IMG/VR virus record: IMGVR_UViG_3300046479_000175
From: an uncultured virus (IMG/VR IMGVR_UViG_3300046479_000175)
Taxonomy: Duplodnaviria > Heunggongvirae > Uroviricota > Caudoviricetes
Reading direction: 5' to 3' (one strand)
DNA: 64,000 nt
The notes under the pieces: generated by a model
Databases searched by the model: none
The model's input: the letters and a program-made list of their open reading frames with translations, nothing else
Told to the model about the DNA's origin: nothing
Program-made: the position numbers and the translations under genes
Shown here: positions 27,077-36,559 of the stretch, piece after piece
How the letters are laid out: every line of letters begins with the position of its first letter
Numbering within the stretch: position 1 is the first letter of the stretch

Positions 27077-27513
27077 TGCGGCCCGAAGCCAAACACTTTC
27101 GATAGAAGCGAGATGACCACGTAGCCCGCGCAGGGCACGGATATCGTGAGGGCGATCCCTAGCACCCACTTCACGCCCACTGACCAGCCATTGTGCGTTG
27201 CGGCATCGATTTTCAATGTTTCGGCCAGATCCTCAACCTTAAGTAAGCGGGTCTCCACCGTGGCTTGCCTCGCCATATCGACGTCGATTTTATCGACACG
27301 AGTCTCGACCACGAGCACGCGGTTCTCTATTCCTTGACGGTCCTCGATATGACGGTTGAACTCCTTCTCGACCACCTCCTTGAGCCCCTTCGTTGCCTCC
27401 GTATTGATCGCAACGCTCGTGTTGAGCTGGGCCAGAACCGCTTTCAAACTGCTTATCTCCTGCCTGTTCTCTTCCTCAAGGAAACGATTGGCCATGTTGG
27501 GTCGCTTTGCCAT
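27073..27513 (-). CDS. coiled-coil protein with C-terminal TM (XhlA/holin-like)
   Basis: RVLVVETR/RLLKVE coiled coil followed by a TM segment. Confidence 0.6.
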   Translation of the reverse strand: MAKRPNMANRFLEEENRQEISSLKAVLAQLNTSVAINTEATKGLKEVVEKEFNRHIEDRQGIENRVLVVETRVDKIDVDMARQATVETRLLKVEDLAETLKIDAATHNGWSVGVKWVLGIALTISVPCAGYVVISLLSKVFGFGPH

Positions 27514-27523
27514 GAGTTGTGTC

Positions 27524-27805
27524 TCACGTGTTTGAGGGCGTTTCAGGCTTCCCGCTGATTGCGGTAGGGATGATCTGCAACTTGATGGCTGAGCTCGCCT
27601 TTGCGCGGTAATAAACGGATGCAAGGCTCGCGATCACAGCCACTCCATTGGCGATGCTCGTGAGGGCGTTTACAAGGGTGGCTTGATCGCCGGCGTCGAT
27701 ATTGTGGCCCGTGATGGCCGCGATGCCCGATAGAGCTGCGATCAGCGCGCTCCATATCGTTCGCGACTGCCACCAATGGATGGGGGGATCGTTCTGCAGT
27801 GTCAC
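27524..27805 (-). CDS. putative holin
   Basis: WWQSRTIWSALIA...ASVYYRAKA; 2 TM; GTG start with AGGAG RBS. Confidence 0.65.
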   Translation of the reverse strand: MTLQNDPPIHWWQSRTIWSALIAALSGIAAITGHNIDAGDQATLVNALTSIANGVAVIASLASVYYRAKASSAIKLQIIPTAISGKPETPSNT

Positions 27806-27954
27806 GGGAATTCTCCTTTCACAATGCAATAGGCGAGGATGAGGACGGCACAGCCGAGCCAAACGATAGCCGTCCACACCCAGATGCGATTCTCAAGCGC
27901 GCGCTCGATGGCGGAGATCCGCTTCTCATGGTTGAAGAGGCTCAGGCGAGACAT
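27802..27954 (-). CDS. 50-aa TM protein
   Basis: Hand translation MSRLSLFNHEKRISAIE...WTAIVWLGCAVLILAYCIV; GTGA overlap. Confidence 0.45.
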   Translation of the reverse strand: MSRLSLFNHEKRISAIERALENRIWVWTAIVWLGCAVLILAYCIVKGEFP

Positions 27955-28034
27955 TCGCAGCTTCCGTTTGAGTTGGAGAAAGGTATCGAATCCCGATCAG
28001 GAATTCAACTGTTTTGCGGGACTAGAATCTTGTT

Positions 28035-29573
28035 ATGCCTTCGGAAATTGAACCCATACTCGAGGCATGTCTTGCGAATGCAGAACGACTGATCGAATCC
28101 GCGAAAGCGGTTCGTGCCGTTCCCGGCTGCAACCACATCGCCTTCAATCTCGCTGTCCTGGCTCTTGAAGAGATCGGGAAGTCAATTCTGCTGTTCCAGG
28201 AATCGCTCGAGGTTAAGCACATTCCCCGCCCCAGCGGCGACGAGGCGAAGCACCCACTCGAGTGGATCGACGACCACGAACGGAAGCTCTTCTGGGCGAT
28301 TTGGTTCGGCGACGACGGCCTCGATTGGCGGAAACTTCCCACGATGATGGAGGCATCGAGCCGGCTGCACTTCCAGAGGCTCGCCGTTCTTTATTTCGAC
28401 CCGACGCAACCTCATGCCCAGAGTGAGATTAACGATGAGTATCTTTCCCAATGCCTCGATTTGGCTGAAGGCCGCCTGCAGATGGAAAAGGCGAAAAAGT
28501 ACAAGGAACTGAGCGAGCAGGACCGCAACGACATTCAGTGGTTCTTCTACGCCACCAACGATCCCCAATTGAAGCTCGTCATTTTTTCGAAGCACAGCTT
28601 GGAAAAGCAGCAGGAATTTGCCGCAGGTCCCGAATGGATCAGGTGGCTTCGCCAGACCATCGAAGAATCCCAGCGGGCCGCGGCCGAGACCGTTCAGAAG
28701 GAAATGGCCCGAAAGCAATCCGAAGAGGGAGACAGCGAAATAGACAAATGGCGCATGCGCATCAAGCTGAAGTCTTGGTCACACTCGATCCGGCAGAACC
28801 AACTTCTTCAATGGAACGAAGGGATGAAGAAGATCAAGCTCAACAGAGGTGCCGAGCACAATGATTTGACCGTCGAGTTCACCATTCCGAAAAGCATCAC
28901 CATACATGGGCTATGGAATGCCGGAATGCAAAACAGCGTGCTCTTCGTTTCCGCCCTCAATATCGCATCATTCGGCTTCTTCTGGTGGTATCTGCCGAAA
29001 TTCACTTCGCGCTTTCATGACTCGATCATCGACCTAGAGACCAACATGGAGGTCCTGATCGACCGTATGCCCGAACTCAAGATCGTTTGGCCGCCGCAAG
29101 CCTTGAAGCAGGACGTGCTCGGGCAGAACCTCGGACTCATTTTCTCTTTCATTGTGCAGGACATGGACAAGCACCTACCCGTTTACCACAGATATTTCGG
29201 TGTGCTAGGCCTCATGGCGAAGAACGATCTGTTCTTCCAATTCGAGCATCACCTCGTCCATGACTTTATGGAGTGTCTAAAGATGGCGATGAAGTCCTAC
29301 GGGGATTGGGATGGCGATCCCGCGACCTTCGAAAACTCACACAAGGGATTGGTTCCCGAGAAAGAGGGGCGTGATGAATTCGTGGCGATGGTCATGGATC
29401 TAGACCGGATTGCCGGCGAGGTTGACCGGCATAATCTAACGCAGCCTGTAACGCTCGAGCACGCCATCCGCGCCAAACTCGCCTTCGATACCTACATTCA
29501 CATCAAAGCGCGAGCTTTCTTCGCCGAACACTTTCAACGGGACCGAGCCGCCGGGCTTGTGTCTGACGAATAG
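28035..29573 (+). CDS. AbiV-family (HEPN) abortive infection protein with long C-terminal extension
   Basis: ACLANAERLIESA......AFNLAVLALEEIGK...DHERKL. Confidence 0.8.
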   Translation: MPSEIEPILEACLANAERLIESAKAVRAVPGCNHIAFNLAVLALEEIGKSILLFQESLEVKHIPRPSGDEAKHPLEWIDDHERKLFWAIWFGDDGLDWRKLPTMMEASSRLHFQRLAVLYFDPTQPHAQSEINDEYLSQCLDLAEGRLQMEKAKKYKELSEQDRNDIQWFFYATNDPQLKLVIFSKHSLEKQQEFAAGPEWIRWLRQTIEESQRAAAETVQKEMARKQSEEGDSEIDKWRMRIKLKSWSHSIRQNQLLQWNEGMKKIKLNRGAEHNDLTVEFTIPKSITIHGLWNAGMQNSVLFVSALNIASFGFFWWYLPKFTSRFHDSIIDLETNMEVLIDRMPELKIVWPPQALKQDVLGQNLGLIFSFIVQDMDKHLPVYHRYFGVLGLMAKNDLFFQFEHHLVHDFMECLKMAMKSYGDWDGDPATFENSHKGLVPEKEGRDEFVAMVMDLDRIAGEVDRHNLTQPVTLEHAIRAKLAFDTYIHIKARAFFAEHFQRDRAAGLVSDE

Positions 29574-29650
29574 CGCCCGGCATTGTGACATCGGCGAGTC
29601 TCCAGGTGCACTCAATCGCTTCTCACAGTTGAGAGAGGGTGTTGGATTCT

Positions 29651-32600
29651 CTAATAACCCGTGCACGAAAATCCTATTACGTCTCCTGTTGCAGTCGTAC
29701 CTGAAAGCGTCACGGTAGTTGTCGTTGTCGAGGTTTCGCTGATGACATTAGTATTGGTCGTACGATCAGTGGCGAAACAATTCCAACCGGCATTGCCAGC
29801 TGCACTATTTCCCATCGTAATCGTAACCGTACAGGTGCCATTCGTCCCCGATGTGTAATAACCCCCCGTCGCTCCCCCATTATGTCCTGATGTAGAGCAT
29901 CCTGAGATGCCGTATAAGCCACCACCTATGATGATGCCAGCAGCTGTAATTTTACCTGTCGTGTCATTCGATGTTCCCCCGCTACCAAATCCTATGATGC
30001 CCCAGCCGTTGCGAGAAATGCTTGTGTCCGCTCCAGATGCGCTCACGTTTCCGCTGAATCCGAAAATACCTGCCTTATTCAGCGTGTCATTCTCTTGGGG
30101 CGCGGTCGAATTACCACTGTACAGATTACCTTTGAGAATAATGCCAGTTTTATTGTTTATATATCCGTTGCTCTGTGAGTAGTAATTTCCGTCCGATTCG
30201 AAGTAATTATTGATTACCCACGCGCCCACAACATTGTTGGCCGCATAAATTTCGGTGTTGGGGCCAAACGCATTATTCCACTGGATCGTGCTTCCTATGA
30301 TCCGAAAGCCTTGTATATTTCCTCCTGACAAAAGGACAGCCGGACCACCATTAGCTTCGATAATGCAATTTTCACATTGCACGCTCTCTAAATTATTTAC
30401 CCCGAGAGAACTCCCAAGTTGAAATCCGCCGAGCCCGTTGAAGCTGCTATATACGCCTTCCAGATTTATGTTTTCTATGTAATCTTTATAGCTGCCTGCT
30501 GTTAAGCCATCGACATAATACCCATAACCATAAAAATTCATTGAATACACGTAATGAACTTTTGCAGATTGCCAATTTAGGATGTCAATACCATCTCCAC
30601 CCCCGCCGTCTAACCCATACCCCGTGCCACCGTACACCGTGAAATTACTAAGTTCATCCGTAGATGTCACATTCGTCACATTTGTCGAACCAGAAACAGC
30701 AATAGCTGCACTACTCATCGACTGAGTTAAATAAAGGAGTTGTGTTCCGTTATTCAAGTTGACAATGGGACCAGTAGCCAACGAATTGGCAGTATTTGGT
30801 GTGCCCGGCTCAACGCCATTTATGGAAACTGGTATATTCGCAGGCAAAGACAGGCCAGAATTTAGGACATATCGTTTATCAGAAAGTTGTATTTTGCAAC
30901 CCACCGTGCTGCATGGGGCAGTCGTAAGCATGCTGTTAAAAGATGAACTATCATTCGTTCCGTATGCAAATTGCAATCCAGTGAAAGAATTAACAACAGG
31001 GAAACTAACATTTACCTGTGTGCTTGAAATATAAGATGAAATCGTTCCACATACCTGTTGCTTCCTAAGAGCATTGCCTGTGATGCCGGCCACACAAATC
31101 AAATCTCCTGCACTGTTGGATGGAAAACTGGCTGTTGCGGAAGACAAAGTTTCTGTCGGAGTATCAACGCCTGATGTATTGCGGTAATCCACAATAACGC
31201 CAGCACCTCCTCCTGTACAAGAGCTTGTCAGGGAGGAACAATAAGTAAAAGCATAACCTGACGGCTCGCTTGATCCGGCAGGCTTGCCAAAGCAGGTTAG
31301 ATTATTTCCGGAACTGTTGTTGGCTGTAATATAGTTCCACCCCAAAGGAATCTTTATGTAGGGAATCTGTGTGCTTCCCTCGATTGCGTAATCCCCGATG
31401 CATGCAACAAGATAATCTCCGCTTGTAGTTCCAGAAGGCTTGGTTAGTGTCACAACGCCCGAATTTGTTGTCTGGTAGGAGTTGCCAGCAACAAATGTCA
31501 CGCTACCGCCAGAAGGTGCCAGTGCCAAAGAACTTGCTGCCCATAATGTAGAAGATGATAGGGTACCGCTAACTGACGTTGTGCTTCCAGCAGAGGATAT
31601 GGTTTGATCGGACGCAAACATGCCGTAAGAGCCAGATGTATAAGAAACGTTCTCTCGCGTCGTTCCTACACTCGGCGATGAAGACCATGGCGCTTGTGTT
31701 AAAAAGACCGACACTAAAAGATCATTAGCTGTATGCGTCGACACTGATGGCGTTGATGGAGTTGTGCTTGTCGATAAATTAGTATGAACCGGACTGCTTG
31801 CAGTAAAAGCACCATCAAAATAAATTGCACCATTGCCAACGGCACCGTACTGCTCGGGTGACACAGATACAGCCCCACCATTCACAACCGGAAGAGTGCC
31901 GGTGACTTGCGATGCGAGATTTACGAGACCCCCAGCCCCTGATACGATCTGCTGCCAACCGCCGTTGATGTAGGCTTCCAATTCATGAAGTGACGTGTTG
32001 TCGCGGAAATTGCCTTCCGCGGGGGATCCGGGTCGGTTAAGCGTCGTGCTGGCTGGGAGATTATCTGCGCCCGTCCCGGTCGCTACGAAACTCGGCGCAT
32101 AGATGTTGCCGGCGGCATTGATCGTTCCAGCCCCCTTATCTCCACCAGTCACTGTCGAAGGGACCGTTATCCCGCCGTCATTCTCTACGCGCAGGCCTTC
32201 TGTGAGCGTCGCGCTGCCGTTCGGCGTCGTCGCCAGCGAGAGGTATGTGCCATTTGCGCCTACCGACCAATTCTGCGATGCGTATTCGCGGTAGGCCGCC
32301 TGAGGACCGACCACACTGGTCCCGTTGTAGCCCCAAGCATTGAGGCTCGCGATCTCATCCCCACTTTGAAGGGTCGTTGGTGAAGCGTTTGTCCCGTCTC
32401 GCCGGACGCCCGAGAAATAGGACGCTGAGCCAAAGCTATCGACTTCGTTCCTAGAGGGCGTTCCATCCGCATTTCCGATTTGCAGCAGCGTACCCGTCTG
32501 AGCTGAGGGAAGGGTCGTGGCGTTCGAAGTGATCGTCACCGGGCTTGTGAACGTTGTGCCCCCCGCCACTGTCTTGCTGCCGGTCGAAGGCAACGCCCCG

Positions 32601-33379
32601 ATGGCCGAGGGGGTGATGCTCGCGGTCGACACATTCGTGAGCTGGCCGGTTGTGTTGTAGGTGAGGACCGGAACTGTCGCCGCACCCCCGATTGGACCAG
32701 CGGCCGAGATCGTCGATGCATTGGAGAGCGCATCGGTGATGCCGTACCCTGCGCGCGTGGTCGGTGTTCCGGACAGATCGGCGAAAGCAGGCTGGACGCA
32801 ATCCGCCGAGGATGCACCGGTCGGATCGAGCGAGCTCAACCATCGGTGGGCCGCGCAGGACAGGCCGGGATACTGACCGAAACTACCAGAACTGCCCGCG
32901 ATCTGCAGCGTTCCTGCTGAGCCTGATGACACAACGCCGACTGGCCCCCATGCGCCGGCCACATACGCTTCCAGCGACGTGAGCGATGTGTTGTAGCGGA
33001 TCATGCCGTTGACCGGCGAGGACGGCCTCAGCGACGTGGCGCCGGAGGGCAATAGGACCGAGCCACCCGTGAAGACCGGATCGGCTGCGGTCAAGTCCCC
33101 GGAAAGAAATGTCTGCAATCCCGACCAAGAATTCGCTTGCGTAGGGTCGAGGATGAGGCTGCCGCTCGATGAATTGAGACCTGCGCCAATGTTGAGTGAC
33201 GCGATTGGCCCGACCGTTACCCGATAATTGCAGCCTGCGTAGGTGCAGCGTGCGACCGGGATCATATCGGTTGTCTGAACCAGCCCCCCGTTTGGAAGCT
33301 GGCTGGTCGTTGAGTCTGCAAAAGCGGGAAGTGCCGTTGCCATGATTGCAAAGGCAAGGAGGCGAAGGAGGTGTTTCAT
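29651..33379 (-). CDS. large fibre or tailspike-like protein with beta-helix (pectate-lyase-like) region
   Basis: TGRP-like fibre motifs (TSLRPSSPVNGMIRYNT), VSPEQYGAVGNG, parallel beta-helix-type repeats; follows the tail genes. Confidence 0.75.
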   Translation of the reverse strand: MKHLLRLLAFAIMATALPAFADSTTSQLPNGGLVQTTDMIPVARCTYAGCNYRVTVGPIASLNIGAGLNSSSGSLILDPTQANSWSGLQTFLSGDLTAADPVFTGGSVLLPSGATSLRPSSPVNGMIRYNTSLTSLEAYVAGAWGPVGVVSSGSAGTLQIAGSSGSFGQYPGLSCAAHRWLSSLDPTGASSADCVQPAFADLSGTPTTRAGYGITDALSNASTISAAGPIGGAATVPVLTYNTTGQLTNVSTASITPSAIGALPSTGSKTVAGGTTFTSPVTITSNATTLPSAQTGTLLQIGNADGTPSRNEVDSFGSASYFSGVRRDGTNASPTTLQSGDEIASLNAWGYNGTSVVGPQAAYREYASQNWSVGANGTYLSLATTPNGSATLTEGLRVENDGGITVPSTVTGGDKGAGTINAAGNIYAPSFVATGTGADNLPASTTLNRPGSPAEGNFRDNTSLHELEAYINGGWQQIVSGAGGLVNLASQVTGTLPVVNGGAVSVSPEQYGAVGNGAIYFDGAFTASSPVHTNLSTSTTPSTPSVSTHTANDLLVSVFLTQAPWSSSPSVGTTRENVSYTSGSYGMFASDQTISSAGSTTSVSGTLSSSTLWAASSLALAPSGGSVTFVAGNSYQTTNSGVVTLTKPSGTTSGDYLVACIGDYAIEGSTQIPYIKIPLGWNYITANNSSGNNLTCFGKPAGSSEPSGYAFTYCSSLTSSCTGGGAGVIVDYRNTSGVDTPTETLSSATASFPSNSAGDLICVAGITGNALRKQQVCGTISSYISSTQVNVSFPVVNSFTGLQFAYGTNDSSSFNSMLTTAPCSTVGCKIQLSDKRYVLNSGLSLPANIPVSINGVEPGTPNTANSLATGPIVNLNNGTQLLYLTQSMSSAAIAVSGSTNVTNVTSTDELSNFTVYGGTGYGLDGGGGDGIDILNWQSAKVHYVYSMNFYGYGYYVDGLTAGSYKDYIENINLEGVYSSFNGLGGFQLGSSLGVNNLESVQCENCIIEANGGPAVLLSGGNIQGFRIIGSTIQWNNAFGPNTEIYAANNVVGAWVINNYFESDGNYYSQSNGYINNKTGIILKGNLYSGNSTAPQENDTLNKAGIFGFSGNVSASGADTSISRNGWGIIGFGSGGTSNDTTGKITAAGIIIGGGLYGISGCSTSGHNGGATGGYYTSGTNGTCTVTITMGNSAAGNAGWNCFATDRTTNTNVISETSTTTTTVTLSGTTATGDVIGFSCTGY

Positions 33380-33402
33380 GGTGCGTCCGTGCAGGAGGGG
33401 GC

Positions 33403-33759
33403 TTAGGTACCAGAGGGATAGGCGGGTGTGGCCGGGAGTGTCGTGCTGGTCGTGTCTGTGCCGTTAACGATGCCGCGAAGAGCTGCGCGGTATGTTTGCC
33501 ACGCGGTCGGGATTGCGACCCCGGCCGAGTTGCAGCGGATCACCGTTATGTCGGATTTGTCCAAGGCCGATTGGGCCGCGGCGATTAACGGTGCGCGATT
33601 CTGTGCCGCGACCGCAGCAGCGTACCCAGGAAACGCGGAGGTCAGCTGATCCGATGTCGGAGTGGAAACGAAGATGTGTTCGCCTGTTTGCGCGGCATAG
33701 TCGGACTCCACAAGCCGAAAAGACAGGCCATTGTTGGAGTAGGCGTACGGACCGGGCAT
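33403..33759 (-). CDS. tail fibre assembly/chaperone-like protein
   Basis: AQSALDKSD...AWQTYRAALR.I......LPATP. Confidence 0.7.
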   Translation of the reverse strand: MPGPYAYSNNGLSFRLVESDYAAQTGEHIFVSTPTSDQLTSAFPGYAAAVAAQNRAPLIAAAQSALDKSDITVIRCNSAGVAIPTAWQTYRAALRGIVNGTDTTSTTLPATPAYPSGT

Positions 33760-33766
33760 CGTTACC

Positions 33767-35872
33767 TCAAATGTTGAGCGTGAAACCTATCAGGAAACCG
33801 AGACTATAGGTTTCGGATTGGACGTAGATATTTGACGATTGCAACAGAAACTCGCCGCCCATTACCGATTCCGTATTCGCGCCGAAATACTGAATGGGAG
33901 GCGGATTCGAAGCCGAGCCAGCGTTCCCATAATTATTATTCGGCGCAACGGCGCAGGTATTGGTTCCGGCATTCGTGGCCGATGTTCCGATCCTGATCGT
34001 GGCCCCCAAGGCCGAAGGTATGAGCGAAGCAACGCTTACCGCGGCATAAGCACTTCCGTAGGTTCCGACCGCGCCATTCCACACAATCGGTAGATTCGCG
34101 CAATTGCTTCCGACCAGAGGTTCCCAGAAGATTCCCTTGTGCGTGAAGCCCTCAAAGTTTGCGCCGCTATCCGTATAGACGATGCTCAAAAGTGCCGAGT
34201 AGGTGTAGCCAGCGGCGTTCGCAAAGGATGGCGCGCTCGCCGACAAGGACATGATCGGTTCCCATGTCGATGTGGTGCCATCGTAGATGCCGTAGATGTA
34301 ATAGAGCTGATTGGCGGCCACTGTGCCGACGTCAATACCACCCGCCCCGAGCGTTGCAGAATTCAGAGTGCCTGAGGGAGCGAGTACCTTGACGGTTTGA
34401 CCAGCAGCGTTTTTGAGGATGATGCTGTTCGCCGCGACACTAATCGTCGTGTTCGATGCCCACGCGATGCTTCTGCCATGCGTGATGCCACCTTCGGGCT
34501 GCGCGATGGCGAGGTTTGAAACGGCTGTGGTCTGAGCAGACGTTCCAAGAGTGGCAATTTCGGAGAGTTCGTTGGCAGCGACCAAAAAGGCCGAGGGGTT
34601 GGCCGGAGAGACCAGCTGGAGATAGGTTCCTTGGCAAACGCCGACATATTCTTCACCGGCTTCAATATCGCCAGCCGCCACATCGACAAGCCCGCTGCTT
34701 CCCGGCTTCTTCAGCGTCAGGGCGCTCGCCGAGTCGACGGTGAGCGTCGTCGCGCCGGTGTTCGTGTAACCGGCCTTCCACGTCACAACATTGCCGACCG
34801 AATTGCTGAAATTGCCCGAAGTTGTCGCCACGGCTTGCGTGTTCGCGCTCCCCGTGGAAGTGCCACCAGTGAAGATCACCGTGTTCACAGAAGCCGTGAT
34901 CGAATTCAGATCGAAATTCGTCCCGTTATAGCTGAACCAGTAATTGTGCCCGGCTTTCAGTTCACCACCGACAAGCGCGTTGCCGTTGATGGTCACGGCT
35001 TTATTCCCGAGGCCATTCAGATTGATGTTCGTCGCGCCGGTATTGTTATTGGCGACGTTGATTAGAACCGCCATGCCCTTGGAGTAAGACCCGGGCACTG
35101 GGTTAAGGGTCGCGGTGATCTGGCTAGCGCTTCCGCTTGTGTCATTGGCAAACGAGTAGGAGAAATTCTGCACCCCGGTGATCTGCGCATAACGAGCATC
35201 ACCAGTCGCTTGGCTGATTTTCTGGGTCAAAGTCTCGCTAATGAACGGCGCGCCGCCGACTTGCGAAATGTTGCCGGACGTAATAGTCGTCTGCCCGTTG
35301 GCCACTGTCACTGTCCAAAGGCCGGTATATCCGGTGTCGGGTGCAGGTGTCGCTTGCGAGCCGGTCGTGGCAGGAACGCCGGCCTTGACCTGAACGCTGC
35401 AAATGTTCTGGCGAACGGTGTTCTGAGAGGTGCCGAGATTGTTCGGGCCAGACCACGGCGTAGCCGGGTTGGCCGCGTTGTAATACGGGAGAACCGCCGC
35501 GCCGCTATCCTCCTCGACGAAGGCAGCCTCGATCAGATAGACGACGGACTGGCCAGTCGTCGCCGGAGCTGGGCATGGCAGATTGACCGTGTCGAGACTG
35601 ATGCCAATCTTGACGATCTGTTCAGTCGTATCGGAGCTTAGTGAGCCATAAGCGCTATTGTCGATGTTTTGTTGAGAGAAAACAGAGCCCGGAGCAACAT
35701 TCACCGTCATTCCCGGCGGACTCGTCGGGGTGCAGGCGAGGCCGCTGAAGAGCGTTGAAGTGCCAAGAATGCCTTGCGCGACCCAACCATCGCCGATCAT
35801 GGCGTTGCGATTGGTGTTGAGGATATCGGTGTCCTGTGGGATCGCTCCGATATAAACGATTTGGCGATTCAT
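33767..35872 (-). CDS. baseplate-proximal tail fibre protein
   Basis: MNRQIVY.GAIPQDTD.L N-terminus typical of this myovirus group; NNTGATNINLNGLG repeats. Confidence 0.8.
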   Translation of the reverse strand: MNRQIVYIGAIPQDTDILNTNRNAMIGDGWVAQGILGTSTLFSGLACTPTSPPGMTVNVAPGSVFSQQNIDNSAYGSLSSDTTEQIVKIGISLDTVNLPCPAPATTGQSVVYLIEAAFVEEDSGAAVLPYYNAANPATPWSGPNNLGTSQNTVRQNICSVQVKAGVPATTGSQATPAPDTGYTGLWTVTVANGQTTITSGNISQVGGAPFISETLTQKISQATGDARYAQITGVQNFSYSFANDTSGSASQITATLNPVPGSYSKGMAVLINVANNNTGATNINLNGLGNKAVTINGNALVGGELKAGHNYWFSYNGTNFDLNSITASVNTVIFTGGTSTGSANTQAVATTSGNFSNSVGNVVTWKAGYTNTGATTLTVDSASALTLKKPGSSGLVDVAAGDIEAGEEYVGVCQGTYLQLVSPANPSAFLVAANELSEIATLGTSAQTTAVSNLAIAQPEGGITHGRSIAWASNTTISVAANSIILKNAAGQTVKVLAPSGTLNSATLGAGGIDVGTVAANQLYYIYGIYDGTTSTWEPIMSLSASAPSFANAAGYTYSALLSIVYTDSGANFEGFTHKGIFWEPLVGSNCANLPIVWNGAVGTYGSAYAAVSVASLIPSALGATIRIGTSATNAGTNTCAVAPNNNYGNAGSASNPPPIQYFGANTESVMGGEFLLQSSNIYVQSETYSLGFLIGFTLNI

Positions 35873-35881
35873 GCGTGCGTC

Positions 35882-36559
35882 CTAGCCTATGTGTGCGTTT
35901 TCGATCTGTGCCCAGACCAGCGTTCCTTCGACTTTCGCGTCCGCTATGGCCGCGTAGATATCTACGTCCGTCACGGCTCCAGCCACTTCACTGAGATTTG
36001 CCCACTCCCCTGCACTCGGGGTGCTGTAAGCACCTTGCGGGATTCCATACCCAGCGACGTAAGGGATACCTTGGCCAAGCGGCCTGTACGCTGTGACGAA
36101 GCCCTGATAAGGGACAGCCAGTGAGCCATAGCCACCGGCCATCCCATATCCGAAAATGTTCTTGCCGTAGGCTCCGCAATCGAGCGGCCGCCACGGTTCG
36201 AAGACGAGCGGAATATTCCCGGTAAGGTCGGTCAGGAGATTGATGATGCTCTGGCGCGTCGCCTTCGGTCGGAGAAGGTTTTGAAAGATCCGCGCGCGCC
36301 ATGAAGGATCGGCTTCGTTGGTTCGGCGGCTGATAAAGTTTCCAAAATAGTCGAATCCGACCAGATCGAGGAATCCGTCGGTTGCTGTCGCGATCCGGGT
36401 CTGCAACTTTGCGTATGCGTTGAGGCTATAGATGAAAGCTAGGCAGTAGGCCAATCCGTTGAGAACAGCGTCAAGAACAGGTGCCGTATCCGAGAACCAC
36501 CCGTTTGGAAGAAGGCTCTTTAATCTAGCGCTAAAATCCACCTGATCGCCGGTTGACAT
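35882..36559 (-). CDS. baseplate wedge protein (gpI/gp48-like)
   Basis: Position after gpJ; TATDGFLDL..DYFG..RR..E.D..WR.RI. Confidence 0.7.
   Translation of the reverse strand: MSTGDQVDFSARLKSLLPNGWFSDTAPVLDAVLNGLAYCLAFIYSLNAYAKLQTRIATATDGFLDLVGFDYFGNFISRRTNEADPSWRARIFQNLLRPKATRQSIINLLTDLTGNIPLVFEPWRPLDCGAYGKNIFGYGMAGGYGSLAVPYQGFVTAYRPLGQGIPYVAGYGIPQGAYSTPSAGEWANLSEVAGAVTDVDIYAAIADAKVEGTLVWAQIENAHIG

Noticed and set aside
29651..35872. Diversity-generating retroelement or invertible fibre cassette
   Set aside because: No reverse transcriptase, template/variable repeat pair or invertase in the window.
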